Shown here: piece by piece, positions 46,922 to 56,921 of the stretch
Position numbering within the stretch: position 1 is the first letter of the stretch
Layout: the number at the start of each line of letters is the position of its first letter
Virus record (IMG/VR): IMGVR_UViG_3300030061_002247
Location: 18,878-82,877 of that record
From: a virus
Strand: one strand, 5' to 3'
DNA: 64,000 nt
The notes under the pieces: generated by a model
Seen by the model: the letters and a program-made list of their open reading frames with translations, nothing else
Database searches by the model: none
Told to the model about the DNA's origin: nothing
Made by a program: the position numbers and the translations under genes

Positions 46922-48216
46922 CCGGGGGTATGATGGGTCGTGGTAGCGATACCAGACTGTACAACTCAAGAAGCGAATCCTCTACCATGTTCAGGTATAA
47001 CGACGGGTATGAGAGTCGCTACAACCCCGGTGACCCTGAATATCTAGACGCTGAGAAGGAGAAGAAGCAGAAAGAGCAGGACAAGCAGGAGCAGAAACTC
47101 AAGAACAGGAAGCACGTCAAGGTCACACCTGCTCTACTTCAGCAATTCAAGGACGAGCCTTCAGTAGGACCTGAAGATGACTCCGAGAAGATTGACGCAG
47201 ACCGTGAGTTGTCTGCTATTACAGGACCACCCGGCAACGGTGGTTTCCTGACCAGTCTCGCCACACAAGCCAAAGGACCGGGAGCAGCAGGCGGTCATGC
47301 TATATTCACCAGTGAGCCTATGGATAATGCTTGGTCATCACTCCTCAAGTCATTCGGTGAGAGTACTGATACCGCCATGCTCAGACCACTCAGAGAGTCT
47401 GGTAGAGCAGACGACAAGGAAGCGGTGCGAGAGAGGAGAAAGAAGTTCAAACCCAGCACAGGCCAGTTCAAGACAGGGCCGGGAGGTATGAGCGGAGGCA
47501 TCAACGCCACCGAGCGTTCCTACAAGGCCAAGAGGAGAGGTGTCACTAGAGGCAAGAAAAGAGGAATGATGCAAGCACCCCTATCTGTCGAGATGGAGCA
47601 TCGTGCAATTGCAACCAAGCAGCCGATGAGCAAAGACCCCGGTGCATACAGGAGTTACATGGGTGCTCAAGGCGGCAGGAAGAGAACAGGCAACGTCAGA
47701 GTCACAGAGTCAACACCCAACCCGAAGAATCCTAGGTCGTACAAGGCAGGTGAGACTGGCGCAGGTACAATTCAATCCAAACTACCGAGTGAGATGAAGC
47801 CGAAAGTCCCAAGGCCTAGACTGAAACCACACCGTGCACCACCCATAGTACCACCTAGAATCAGTGGTATGCCACATCTCAACATGGGTGGCTCTACACA
47901 ATCCTTCTCCCCTAGAATGTCTAATCAATCAATGTCGATGATAGGCAAGAGTCGAAAGATGACATGGGGAGACAAGCAGGAACTGAGGATACTCGCTCAA
48001 AAGGTGGCAAGGCTACTTGACAAGAAGGAGAACAAGAAGAAAGGGAAGGGAGACAAGGACACTTCAGGTGGTGGCTCTAATCTACCAAAACACCCCTCTA
48101 ACTCAAGAGACCAGACCAGCAAACCCAACGGACCAACAGAGAACATAGAGGAAGAGGAGATGCATGGTGCTGACCCTGTTGGTATCTACACCAGCAGGGC
48201 GGGTCGAACAGCATGA
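46918..48216 (+). CDS. largely disordered basic late protein with internal tag
   Basis: EPMDNAWSSLLKS at 47314-47352. Confidence 0.7.
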   Translation: MTGGMMGRGSDTRLYNSRSESSTMFRYNDGYESRYNPGDPEYLDAEKEKKQKEQDKQEQKLKNRKHVKVTPALLQQFKDEPSVGPEDDSEKIDADRELSAITGPPGNGGFLTSLATQAKGPGAAGGHAIFTSEPMDNAWSSLLKSFGESTDTAMLRPLRESGRADDKEAVRERRKKFKPSTGQFKTGPGGMSGGINATERSYKAKRRGVTRGKKRGMMQAPLSVEMEHRAIATKQPMSKDPGAYRSYMGAQGGRKRTGNVRVTESTPNPKNPRSYKAGETGAGTIQSKLPSEMKPKVPRPRLKPHRAPPIVPPRISGMPHLNMGGSTQSFSPRMSNQSMSMIGKSRKMTWGDKQELRILAQKVARLLDKKENKKKGKGDKDTSGGGSNLPKHPSNSRDQTSKPNGPTENIEEEEMHGADPVGIYTSRAGRTA

Positions 48217-50453
48217 CCCTCCTCTTCAAATCAGTCACACATGCCTTACTAGCAAGTGGCATGCTCAGAAAGGGAGAGGGGACGTACACCGTTGACCCCC
48301 TCACTGGTGAGTTGGTGTTCCTAGGAGACACTCACCCGGACCAGTACCACGACCTCAACCCCACCAACGACATGGGATACGACCTACCCAAGAACGCCAG
48401 ATATGGCGACAGGGCAGCAGAGGGAGATTGGGGCATGGGCGCTGATGGCGAGCATGTCTACACTGACATACACGGCAACGAGCATCGACACGGAATAGAC
48501 GCACTGATAGCGAAGGTGTCCAAGATAACCGGTAACGGTGAACTCGCTAGGCAGATAATCAGCGATGCGATAGGCGATTACAACGACGACCATCAGGATG
48601 CGAAGAACCAGAGTCTCCCTGAGGACATCATGTCACCAGAATGGAGGAGACTGACCAAGGGTGATTTCTCCAGCCCGAAAACCACAGAGCAGGCGAACCA
48701 GTTCTCCGCTCGTGGCAAGGGTGGTACTTTCATCAACCTCAACATGAGCAGTGATGCTCGCCTCAAGCACTCCAAGCAGGGCCTAGCAGCGCACCCTGAG
48801 TCGTATAGGATACCATTCGCACCTTACCTGCACGACATTCTCAGGGAGGACTTCAACTACAAATCAAACTTCGATGAGGGAATCACGCATGGCTACATCT
48901 CAGGCAGGCACATATCTCCTAACACTAGGAGACTGAGGGGTAGGGTAGGTGAGAACCTAGCAGATGACATGACACTACCACCTGAGTTCAGGGAGATGCT
49001 CGGCCACTCATCCGTAGGTGACGTGGTGCACAACGACGTTCACAACTGGGAGATGGTTCAACACATGCCTCTTGACATTTTCAATCCTCTTCCCGAATAT
49101 GGAAAGGGAGTAAAAAATCCGGGCGGCACTAACATAAAGAAAGAAAACTATCGTGAATACATGTTAAAATTGCTACCAGCGATTGTCTCTAATCTCAATG
49201 AGAACAACACCGAGATGCTAGACGTTCCCCTATTTACGAGACAAGACCCATCAGGCCCTGTTGAAGGTCCTACAGTCAGGGAGATATATGATGAGACTAG
49301 ATTTGGGAAGAAGTTTCCTAAACTTGACGAAATAATAGACCAGATGGCCATGAGTCCTGATGCTCTTCAATTCATGCTCGGCAACCCTGCTCAGAAGACA
49401 TCACGTGTCAATAAGTTGGTGAACACTCTCAAGAATGAACTGATAGCACACCCCGATTTGAAGGGGCAGGGACAGCAGATGTTCGACAATGCCATGGAGA
49501 GGGTCACTGCCGGTAACACTTTGGGGACTCACGGCAAGAAGGGCAAGGCAGTGCACATGCCAGCAGCCGAGTTCCTCGCACTCTCAGGTGTCATAGGAAG
49601 TCTAGACGCTCTCACTAACTTCGCTCAAGAAGAGCCTGCTCATGAGACCTCTCAAAGTCAGAAAGACATGTTCTCCCTCTTAGGGTCTCTCGTCACATTG
49701 GGTCACGGTGGCACGGTGCGTGAGTTCGCACCTGTGTCAGGAGAGGCCGCTCCCGGTCTAGTCCCCAAGTATCTAGATGGTCACCTCGATGTCAACAGAC
49801 CATTGCCTGAGCACATGCAGAACTACTTCGTGCCGAGCGCAATGACAGAGGCATACTACTCCCCGCTAGCGACAGATGACTCAGAGCCGATGGCGAAACC
49901 AGAAGCACAACCCGAAGCACCACCACCTGATTTCGCTAGTATGGATGACGAATACCGGAAGAAAGTAGGAGAGGCTATATCCAGAAGAATGCAAAAAGAG
50001 CCGATGTTCGGTCTTCCATCGTATTTCCAACAGACTGGTAAGCAACCAGTAGACCCTCTTTCTCTTGACGAGCAGCAAAGGCAAAAACTCATGGAAGCAG
50101 TCAAAACTTTTGGTGCTTCACAAAGCCCTTATCAAACAAAGTTGACTGACTCCTTCCCAGTGGCAACCAGTTTCGATACACTATCCATCGAAGACAGACT
50201 GGTGAAAGCAATGGAAAGAGTCCAGATGCTTGAGGCCAAAAGGGACGTGGCTGTGCTCAAGCAGATGCCCAAGGAGAACCTTAGTGCTAACAAGGAGGAC
50301 GACGTGTCATTCCTCGCCATGAAACTCGGTATCACCAAGCAGGATGTCAGAACCATATCCAACAGCAAAGGCGATTGGGACAGGATTGCCAAGGCATACA
50401 AAATCAAACCATCAGTAGTCAAGGTGGTCAAGGTCACACTGGGGGGAGAGTGA
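48213..50453 (+). CDS. large hypothetical late (putative virion) protein
   Basis: 746-aa ORF; no catalytic motif recognised. Confidence 0.75.
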   Translation: MTLLFKSVTHALLASGMLRKGEGTYTVDPLTGELVFLGDTHPDQYHDLNPTNDMGYDLPKNARYGDRAAEGDWGMGADGEHVYTDIHGNEHRHGIDALIAKVSKITGNGELARQIISDAIGDYNDDHQDAKNQSLPEDIMSPEWRRLTKGDFSSPKTTEQANQFSARGKGGTFINLNMSSDARLKHSKQGLAAHPESYRIPFAPYLHDILREDFNYKSNFDEGITHGYISGRHISPNTRRLRGRVGENLADDMTLPPEFREMLGHSSVGDVVHNDVHNWEMVQHMPLDIFNPLPEYGKGVKNPGGTNIKKENYREYMLKLLPAIVSNLNENNTEMLDVPLFTRQDPSGPVEGPTVREIYDETRFGKKFPKLDEIIDQMAMSPDALQFMLGNPAQKTSRVNKLVNTLKNELIAHPDLKGQGQQMFDNAMERVTAGNTLGTHGKKGKAVHMPAAEFLALSGVIGSLDALTNFAQEEPAHETSQSQKDMFSLLGSLVTLGHGGTVREFAPVSGEAAPGLVPKYLDGHLDVNRPLPEHMQNYFVPSAMTEAYYSPLATDDSEPMAKPEAQPEAPPPDFASMDDEYRKKVGEAISRRMQKEPMFGLPSYFQQTGKQPVDPLSLDEQQRQKLMEAVKTFGASQSPYQTKLTDSFPVATSFDTLSIEDRLVKAMERVQMLEAKRDVAVLKQMPKENLSANKEDDVSFLAMKLGITKQDVRTISNSKGDWDRIAKAYKIKPSVVKVVKVTLGGE

Positions 50454-51373
50454 TGGGTAAGATTCTCGTCAAGTCACCAGCCATTGCTGCACCCTTGTCT
50501 GCTGCTCTAGGCAACACAGTTCAAGATGCCTTCAGGGTAAAGACACCATTTGGGAGAGGAGTCGGTGGTGCTCTCGGTGGACTTTCAGCACTGACATCCC
50601 TAGCAGATGCAAGCGAGAACCAGCAAGACCTACTCAGTGGGGCACAGATGGCCGCCGGTCGTGGCGTAGGTGCTTACATCGGTGCAGGTAAGGTAGCAGA
50701 CTCTGCTCAACCAATGGTCAGTCAGGCTTATGACAAGACTCATCGGGGATTCAACAAACTCAGAGGTGTAGCCCCGCCTGAACACAGAGACCAACAAATA
50801 GCAGTGCGTAGGGAAAGAGCAGCACAACCTGCCGCCTCGCCGGACTTCAACGTACCAGAAAACTTCCAACTGGGGATATACGGCACACCCATGCCCGGAG
50901 GTAATCAAGTGGTATCAGGTCAAAAGGGTATACAGAGAAATATGTTCAACCCAGCAGCACCAGCAGCGCCTACCGGTCTTGAAGCAGCAGGACTAGGCAA
51001 CGTAGACCCATCAGTGCTGCAAAATGTCGCTCCTAATCCTGATGTTAGAGCAGGACAGTCATATGCTGACCAAGTTTACCAGACACCAACTGGCTCTGCC
51101 GGAGTGCCCACAATGAGCATGGAGCAGATGGGTCAGATGCTACCGGGGGTCGAACAACCCTCTCTTCAAACACAGAATGCCAAAGTAGGCTCTACTGAAG
51201 TTGGTGTTCCTGCAAAACAAGCGGTAGACCCGAATCAAGTAAACCCTGAAGACCTTGTTGCTGAGATGAATCCACAGGGCGCTGCTGGTTATTTTGGTTA
51301 TCAGAATAATATGAAAAACGCAGGAGAACCGATGGAACTGGCTTTTATGTTATTGAAGTCGGTGATGCGATGA
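50453..51373 (+). CDS. Gly/Ala/Gln-rich putative internal virion protein with C-terminal tag
   Basis: GRGVGGALGGLSAL glycine-zipper-like segment; ends EPMELAFMLLKSVMR; start moved to MGKILVKS. Confidence 0.7.
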   Translation: MGKILVKSPAIAAPLSAALGNTVQDAFRVKTPFGRGVGGALGGLSALTSLADASENQQDLLSGAQMAAGRGVGAYIGAGKVADSAQPMVSQAYDKTHRGFNKLRGVAPPEHRDQQIAVRRERAAQPAASPDFNVPENFQLGIYGTPMPGGNQVVSGQKGIQRNMFNPAAPAAPTGLEAAGLGNVDPSVLQNVAPNPDVRAGQSYADQVYQTPTGSAGVPTMSMEQMGQMLPGVEQPSLQTQNAKVGSTEVGVPAKQAVDPNQVNPEDLVAEMNPQGAAGYFGYQNNMKNAGEPMELAFMLLKSVMR

Positions 51374-52851
51374 GCGACGAGTCGATGGATGACTTCATCA
51401 TCCAGATGGACAGGGAGATGTGCAGGAAGTCATTCGAGTACTTCTTCGTGGACATACTCGGTTTCCTGTTCAGCGACCATCACCAATCTTGGAAGGACGG
51501 GCTTGAGGAATCGCAGTACTACTGCGTGAAAGCATCTCGTGACCACGGCAAATCCGTGTTCTTCATGTCCTATGCATTGTGGCTCGCTGCATTCAATCCC
51601 AACAAGCACATCATGATTTTCTCACACTCCCTTGAGCAGACGCTTGAGCACATGCGATTCATAAAAAGCAACATCGACAGGACCGATTGCCTTCGTGGTC
51701 TGATACCAGAGGGCAGACCTTGGGCCAAATCGTACTTCGAGTTCTCCAACGGCTCTCGTATCATGGCCAAGTCGGTCGGTGGTGCTACTCGTGGTTTCCA
51801 CCCCGACGTGGTTGTCTGTGACGATATCCTGTGGGGCACTAGCGGTACTGAACTACAGAGAACCGCAGATTGGTTCTACGGTGTACTTCTTCCTGTACTT
51901 CACCACAGCAGCAAACTCATGATGGTAGGAACTCCATTCAGTTACAACGACCTGTATGCGGAGTTGGAGCAGAAGGAGACGTTCCGTGTGGAGACCTTCC
52001 CTGCGATAAACAACGAGGGAATCGCACTCTGGCCTGAGCGTTGGAACATAGAGGCATTGGAGCAGAGGCGACTCTCCATGCCAGCAATACAATTCAGCCG
52101 TGAGTATCTGTGTGAGCCTATCCACGATGTGGCCAGTATGTTCCCGATGGACATACTAGAGGGCGCTAGAGACACTGAACTCACCCTGATAGACAGGGCT
52201 GAGACCAACTACAACGAGGAGGGAGAGCCTGACGGTGTGTTCGGCCAGCACTTCATAGGGCACGACCCGGCCATATCCTCCGACAAGAATGCTGACTTCA
52301 CAGCAATGACTGTCATGAGGCAGATTCCAGATGAGGAGTTCAAGCAGATAGTGCATGTCGTCCACGAGCGTGGTATGTCCTCGATGGCGCAGAAGAGGAT
52401 GATGGTCATGCTCAACAACAAGTTCAGTCCCGAACTGATAGAACTTGAGGGCAACAACTTCCAGAGGATGCTTGAGCAGGAGATGAGGGAGATGGCGGCA
52501 GACATGCCAATCCGTGTCTTCATGACAACCAGAGCGAAGAAGGAGTCACTATTCATGTCACTATTGCTGGCATTCGAGCAGGGGCACATCAAACTACCAT
52601 ACGGAGACGAGAGGAGCAGGAAGTACACACACGAGGTTGAGAGCCAGTTGAACAGGTTCGGCATGCAGAAGAACGGCAGGCTAGAGAGCGTGGGCGTTCA
52701 CGACGACTTGGCGATGAGTCTCGCTCTCGCTAATTGGGCATCAAAGGAGTTCAAGGGGACGGTTGTTCTCCTAGATGATTATATGCCGGGCTTCGACAGC
52801 ATGTTCGGCGGCGGGAAGGAACAGTCCGGCGGAGGGTGGCTAATACCCTGA
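51370..52851 (+). CDS. terL: terminase large subunit
   Basis: Walker A ASRDHGKS, Walker B VVVCDD, GTP coupling motif, nuclease GHDPA..ADFTA and HDDLAMS. Confidence 0.95.
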   Translation: MSDESMDDFIIQMDREMCRKSFEYFFVDILGFLFSDHHQSWKDGLEESQYYCVKASRDHGKSVFFMSYALWLAAFNPNKHIMIFSHSLEQTLEHMRFIKSNIDRTDCLRGLIPEGRPWAKSYFEFSNGSRIMAKSVGGATRGFHPDVVVCDDILWGTSGTELQRTADWFYGVLLPVLHHSSKLMMVGTPFSYNDLYAELEQKETFRVETFPAINNEGIALWPERWNIEALEQRRLSMPAIQFSREYLCEPIHDVASMFPMDILEGARDTELTLIDRAETNYNEEGEPDGVFGQHFIGHDPAISSDKNADFTAMTVMRQIPDEEFKQIVHVVHERGMSSMAQKRMMVMLNNKFSPELIELEGNNFQRMLEQEMREMAADMPIRVFMTTRAKKESLFMSLLLAFEQGHIKLPYGDERSRKYTHEVESQLNRFGMQKNGRLESVGVHDDLAMSLALANWASKEFKGTVVLLDDYMPGFDSMFGGGKEQSGGGWLIP

Positions 52852-52934
52852 GGTGAGAGAGATGGCGAGATACGATAATAACAGCAGTACAAACATGACA
52901 GACAATTCAACAGGCGTTTTCTACACATACTGGG

Positions 52935-54083
52935 GTGATGACAATCTGGTATAGCGCCGTACTGAAGGAAGACGTAGACTTCCAGATTGAATCTATACAG
53001 AAGGAAGAGGAGAAGTTCACACCCTCATACGCATTCTCCAACACAGGCAGTGGTTGGTTCGAGACTCATCTTGGTTGCAGTGCATCCGACTTCGTATCCA
53101 GACTCAGGAAGATGAGAAGGAACAACAAGGAAATCAAGAGCGACATCGACCTCCTTATTGAGGATGTTAGGACACTCAAGGCGCTGGAGGTGAAGACCAC
53201 GCTCAAGGGTATATCTTGGGCTAACGGCAAGGAGAGCACGATAAAGCAACTGGGTGCTAGTGATAGAGACCTCAAGAGTCTCAGGAGATTCGGTGAGAGT
53301 CGAAGAGTAGGACTCATGCAGGCCTGCAACCTGTGGGACAGTGCTGACTCGTCACTCAAAATGCTAGACCAATACACAGATGTTTGGGGTGAGCAGGAGT
53401 CACAGGCATGGGCTACGGCCATGCAGAGCAAGACGGATGCCAAGAAGATGTGGAGAAGCACTCTGCACCAATCCGAGCGCCTGACTCAGAAGGAGCAGGA
53501 CACATTGACCAAGGCATCATACATACTACAACTAGAGGGTGCACTCTCCAGTAGGAGACTACAGGAGAGAATGCTGGACCAATCCATACTACACAAGAGC
53601 ATGACAACAGGCAAGTTGTCCAAGTTGCTCTCGATGTACGGTGAGGAGTATGATATCATCAACGGTCCTAAGAAGGGTACATTCGTCAAGATGGACGATG
53701 ATGGAATCATCATCAAGAACCCTTGGTCATACGCCGCTGATTTCCTAGAGTCAGATGGTTTCATCAAAGTGTCAGAGAGAGGTGAGACCTCACTCGGATT
53801 CGTATCAACAGGGAAGAGAGGCAAGGTACATTGCGAGCAACTACACAAGATGATAGAAGGTGGTACTCTCCAATTGAACAGAAAAATATCCAAGGAACAC
53901 ACGACTCAACACCGTCTTGTCTTCAACATGGACAATGAGATATCTAACATTCTCAAGAACATGTTGCCTTACCTATCGACAAAAAAAGAACAAGCGGTAT
54001 ACATATTGGATAAAATGGAAACACTCAAGCACGACGCACCCCACGGCGTTGACAAACAGGAGGGTGATGTAGATGGCAGATGA
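52935..54083 (+). CDS. hypothetical protein with C-terminal LAGLIDADG-like domain
   Basis: YAADFLESDGFI...LPYLSTKKEQA; between terL and portal. Confidence 0.55.
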   Translation: MMTIWYSAVLKEDVDFQIESIQKEEEKFTPSYAFSNTGSGWFETHLGCSASDFVSRLRKMRRNNKEIKSDIDLLIEDVRTLKALEVKTTLKGISWANGKESTIKQLGASDRDLKSLRRFGESRRVGLMQACNLWDSADSSLKMLDQYTDVWGEQESQAWATAMQSKTDAKKMWRSTLHQSERLTQKEQDTLTKASYILQLEGALSSRRLQERMLDQSILHKSMTTGKLSKLLSMYGEEYDIINGPKKGTFVKMDDDGIIIKNPWSYAADFLESDGFIKVSERGETSLGFVSTGKRGKVHCEQLHKMIEGGTLQLNRKISKEHTTQHRLVFNMDNEISNILKNMLPYLSTKKEQAVYILDKMETLKHDAPHGVDKQEGDVDGR

Positions 54084-55809
54084 AAGTCCTGTAAGGAGAT
54101 TTCTGGATTCTCTGAACCCATTCAAGAGACGTACTACCCCTCAACCTCAGATGCCTCTGTACACCACTGGAATACAAGAGCCTGTGTTGGCACAGGGTAT
54201 CACTATACCCGCTCTATACGCTGTATCACATGAGAATCTCATTCTCAGAACAGTCTTATCCAAACTACAGCAGGAGATATTCAGGAGGGGGTACTTCTGG
54301 GAGAAGAAGTTCAGATTCAAGTGCGACACTTGTGGTGAGGAATACCATCACGATGTGGATATGTGCAATGTCTGCGACTCACCGGTCAGACCACCAAGTG
54401 CTGATGAGATTGTCTACCCAAGATGGCTTCTCAGAGAGCAGAACTCCATGGAGCAGGACTTCATGCATGTGCTGTATGAGATAGAGAAGGACCTCAATGT
54501 AGTTGACGATGCCTTCCTCATTATCGTCAAAGAGTACTACGTAGACCCAGAAGACGGTGAGATTCAGTTCTTCAGGGTCAAGGAACTCATTCGTGGTGAC
54601 CCTATATTCATGCGAATAGTATCTGATAAGAGAGGAGTCAGAGGTGGTAGGTACAAGGTCTGCCCTTTGCACAGGACAGAGGTATCCTATCCCGGTCAAG
54701 AGGGCGACTGCCAAGTCTGTGGTGGGCAGATGGAAGACGTGCACTACATCAATATGGCTGGTAGTGGCAAGAGCCAGTACTACCTCAAGGGTGAGGTACT
54801 CCACGTCAGCAAGTACAACCCATCGAAACTCTATGGAAGAAGCCCTGTCAATACCATGTGGAGACAGGCCATGACACTCACAGCGATGGACAACTACATG
54901 TACACATCATACCAGAAGAGGAGAGCACCCAAGGGAATCATATCAGTTACTACTGACAATCTGGAGTCGATGAAGTCCTTTTGGAAGACAGTCGATGAGA
55001 AGATGGAGAGAGACCCTCACTACATACCGAAAGTCGGTATCGAGAGTTCCAGTGGAAGAGGGGGTGTCAATTGGATTAAGTTCATGGATACCCTTGAGGA
55101 GATGCAGTACATCGCAGTTCGTGATGAGATGAGAAACAGGATAGCAGCATTCTACGGTGTGTCAGCAGTGTTCATGATTGACAACGGCAAGAGTGGTGGC
55201 CTCAACAACGAGGGTATGCAGATTCTCGTCACCAACCGTGCCGTAGAGTACGGGCAGAAGGTGTACACTGATGTTCTCTTCCCACGTATGCTCAAGGAGA
55301 TGGGGGTAGAAGATTGGAAACTGACACTCTATCCGAACGAGGAGGAAGACGAGATAACCAGACTCAGGAGAGACGAGATGGAAGCGAACCTAGCACAGAG
55401 GATGATGATGCTAGGATACAAACCCGAACTGCTCGAAGAAGGAGAGAGGGACATTCGATTCGTATACAAGAAGATAGACCCGATGGAGGGACAAGGTATG
55501 CCACCCGGAGGTGGCGGTATGCCAATGATGCCACCGGGAATGCCACCGGGAATGCCACCGGGAATGCCACCGGGAGGAGCAATGCCGCCCGGAGTCATGC
55601 AGAGAGTACCCGGAATGCCACCGGGAGTAGCCAACCCCGGAGGGGAGGGTATGGGTATCAGGAACGCACCTCCAGCACGGCCTGAGCAAAGAGCATCAGC
55701 AGGTGCAGGCTCACCATTCTCCAATGTTCAACAGAGAGGACCACAACAATCACCTGTTCAGAGAGCACAACGTGGCATTTCAGACGCAAAACGCCCTCGT
55801 GGTGCATAA
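54073..55809 (+). CDS. portal protein
   Basis: EVLHV...LYGRSPV, PKGII, IAAFYGVS portal motifs; position after terL. Confidence 0.9.
   Translation: MADESPVRRFLDSLNPFKRRTTPQPQMPLYTTGIQEPVLAQGITIPALYAVSHENLILRTVLSKLQQEIFRRGYFWEKKFRFKCDTCGEEYHHDVDMCNVCDSPVRPPSADEIVYPRWLLREQNSMEQDFMHVLYEIEKDLNVVDDAFLIIVKEYYVDPEDGEIQFFRVKELIRGDPIFMRIVSDKRGVRGGRYKVCPLHRTEVSYPGQEGDCQVCGGQMEDVHYINMAGSGKSQYYLKGEVLHVSKYNPSKLYGRSPVNTMWRQAMTLTAMDNYMYTSYQKRRAPKGIISVTTDNLESMKSFWKTVDEKMERDPHYIPKVGIESSSGRGGVNWIKFMDTLEEMQYIAVRDEMRNRIAAFYGVSAVFMIDNGKSGGLNNEGMQILVTNRAVEYGQKVYTDVLFPRMLKEMGVEDWKLTLYPNEEEDEITRLRRDEMEANLAQRMMMLGYKPELLEEGERDIRFVYKKIDPMEGQGMPPGGGGMPMMPPGMPPGMPPGMPPGGAMPPGVMQRVPGMPPGVANPGGEGMGIRNAPPARPEQRASAGAGSPFSNVQQRGPQQSPVQRAQRGISDAKRPRGA
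55528..55575 (+). repeat. 12-bp tandem repeat ATGCCACCGGGA x4 encoding (MPPG)n
   Basis: Read directly in the portal C-terminus. Confidence 0.9.
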
Positions 55810-55844
55810 GGATAATTAAAGGAACAACACTTCGGAGGGCACGA

Positions 55845-56201
55845 GTGAGTATGGACCTATTGAAGTTAGACCCGATGGCTAGGAAGTTAAACGTGCATGC
55901 AGAAGCCTTCACCAAGGCTTTTGAGAATGGTAATGCAGATGATGCAAAACAACATCTAGAGGAGATGTTGAAGTTCGGAGGATACCTACATGAGGACCTA
56001 TCTGTCAAACTAACAAAGGCGGATAATCCGCTATCTGAATATGTAAACGGTGTAGCACCTATGAAGTTCAATGAGAGAGGCACTAATTTCGATGTCAATC
56101 AAAGAGACAGTCAGTTGCCGGGCACAATCATTTCTGCACGAAGCAACAGCAGGATGAGACCCCACACTGGTACTTTCGGAAGAGCATACAGACCAGAGTG
56201 A
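55845..56201 (+). CDS. hypothetical head-region protein
   Basis: ORF preceded by TAATTAAAGGAACAA. Confidence 0.65.
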   Translation: MSMDLLKLDPMARKLNVHAEAFTKAFENGNADDAKQHLEEMLKFGGYLHEDLSVKLTKADNPLSEYVNGVAPMKFNERGTNFDVNQRDSQLPGTIISARSNSRMRPHTGTFGRAYRPE

Positions 56202-56210
56202 GGATTCAAC

Positions 56211-56561
56211 GTGACAACAGAAGAGAGTGGAACAGAGCGGTTAATGAATGCTCTAATCAACAAGATGGAGTCCATGGACCGTTCTCTCGACAGTTTGAAG
56301 CAAGAGAACATAGAACTCAAGAAGATGATTCAAAGACCCGGAAACCTACTCAAGAGAGCAGGTTTCGTATCAGTCAACACCCCGTTGTCAGAAGACGTAG
56401 AGACTGATAACTTCAGAGCAGACCTAGACATGGGAGAGGCTACTCTATTGAAAGGCAAAAGAGTAGACATCGGTGTGATGAGCAACGAAGACGTACATCA
56501 GATGTCTTGGGATGACATTCACGATTTGGCAGATAGCACCAAGAACGTGGAGGTATTATGA
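56211..56561 (+). CDS. small scaffold-like protein
   Basis: Coiled coil; C-terminal MSWDDIHDLA resembles the protease C-terminus MSWDEVHNLA. Confidence 0.6.
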   Translation: MTTEESGTERLMNALINKMESMDRSLDSLKQENIELKKMIQRPGNLLKRAGFVSVNTPLSEDVETDNFRADLDMGEATLLKGKRVDIGVMSNEDVHQMSWDDIHDLADSTKNVEVL

Positions 56562-56911
56562 TGAGACCGAGATATGAAGAAGTTTCCAATGAGGCAGAAG
56601 CACTATTGAAGAAAGCACAAAATCTAGCAAAGAGAGCAGAGAAACTTGAGAAATCCGCTCAACCTCACTACGAGCAGACCTTCTCCACAAAACCAGAGGG
56701 CATGCATTTCGTATCAGAGACTGGTGGGCAGACCAAGAGCGCAGGGTACTCGACCAACGGACATCTACTAGATGTGGAGGACGTAGCCAACAAAGGTGCT
56801 ATGTCTAGTTCCTTCAATATAGATGAACTCGCAAACAGGATGAACGCTCATCAAAACGGTGTACAAGACCGTGATGTTTCCACAGACAACAAACAACCAG
56901 ATAGAGACTAG
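56558..56911 (+). CDS. hypothetical head-region protein
   Basis: Coupled ORF. Confidence 0.6.
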   Translation: MMRPRYEEVSNEAEALLKKAQNLAKRAEKLEKSAQPHYEQTFSTKPEGMHFVSETGGQTKSAGYSTNGHLLDVEDVANKGAMSSSFNIDELANRMNAHQNGVQDRDVSTDNKQPDRD

Positions 56912-56921
56912 GTGGTAACGT

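Noticed and set aside
51370-54083. Intein or intron in terminase involving the LAGLIDADG-like ORF
   Set aside because: terL is complete and contiguous; the downstream ORF lacks Cys-start and HN-end splicing motifs
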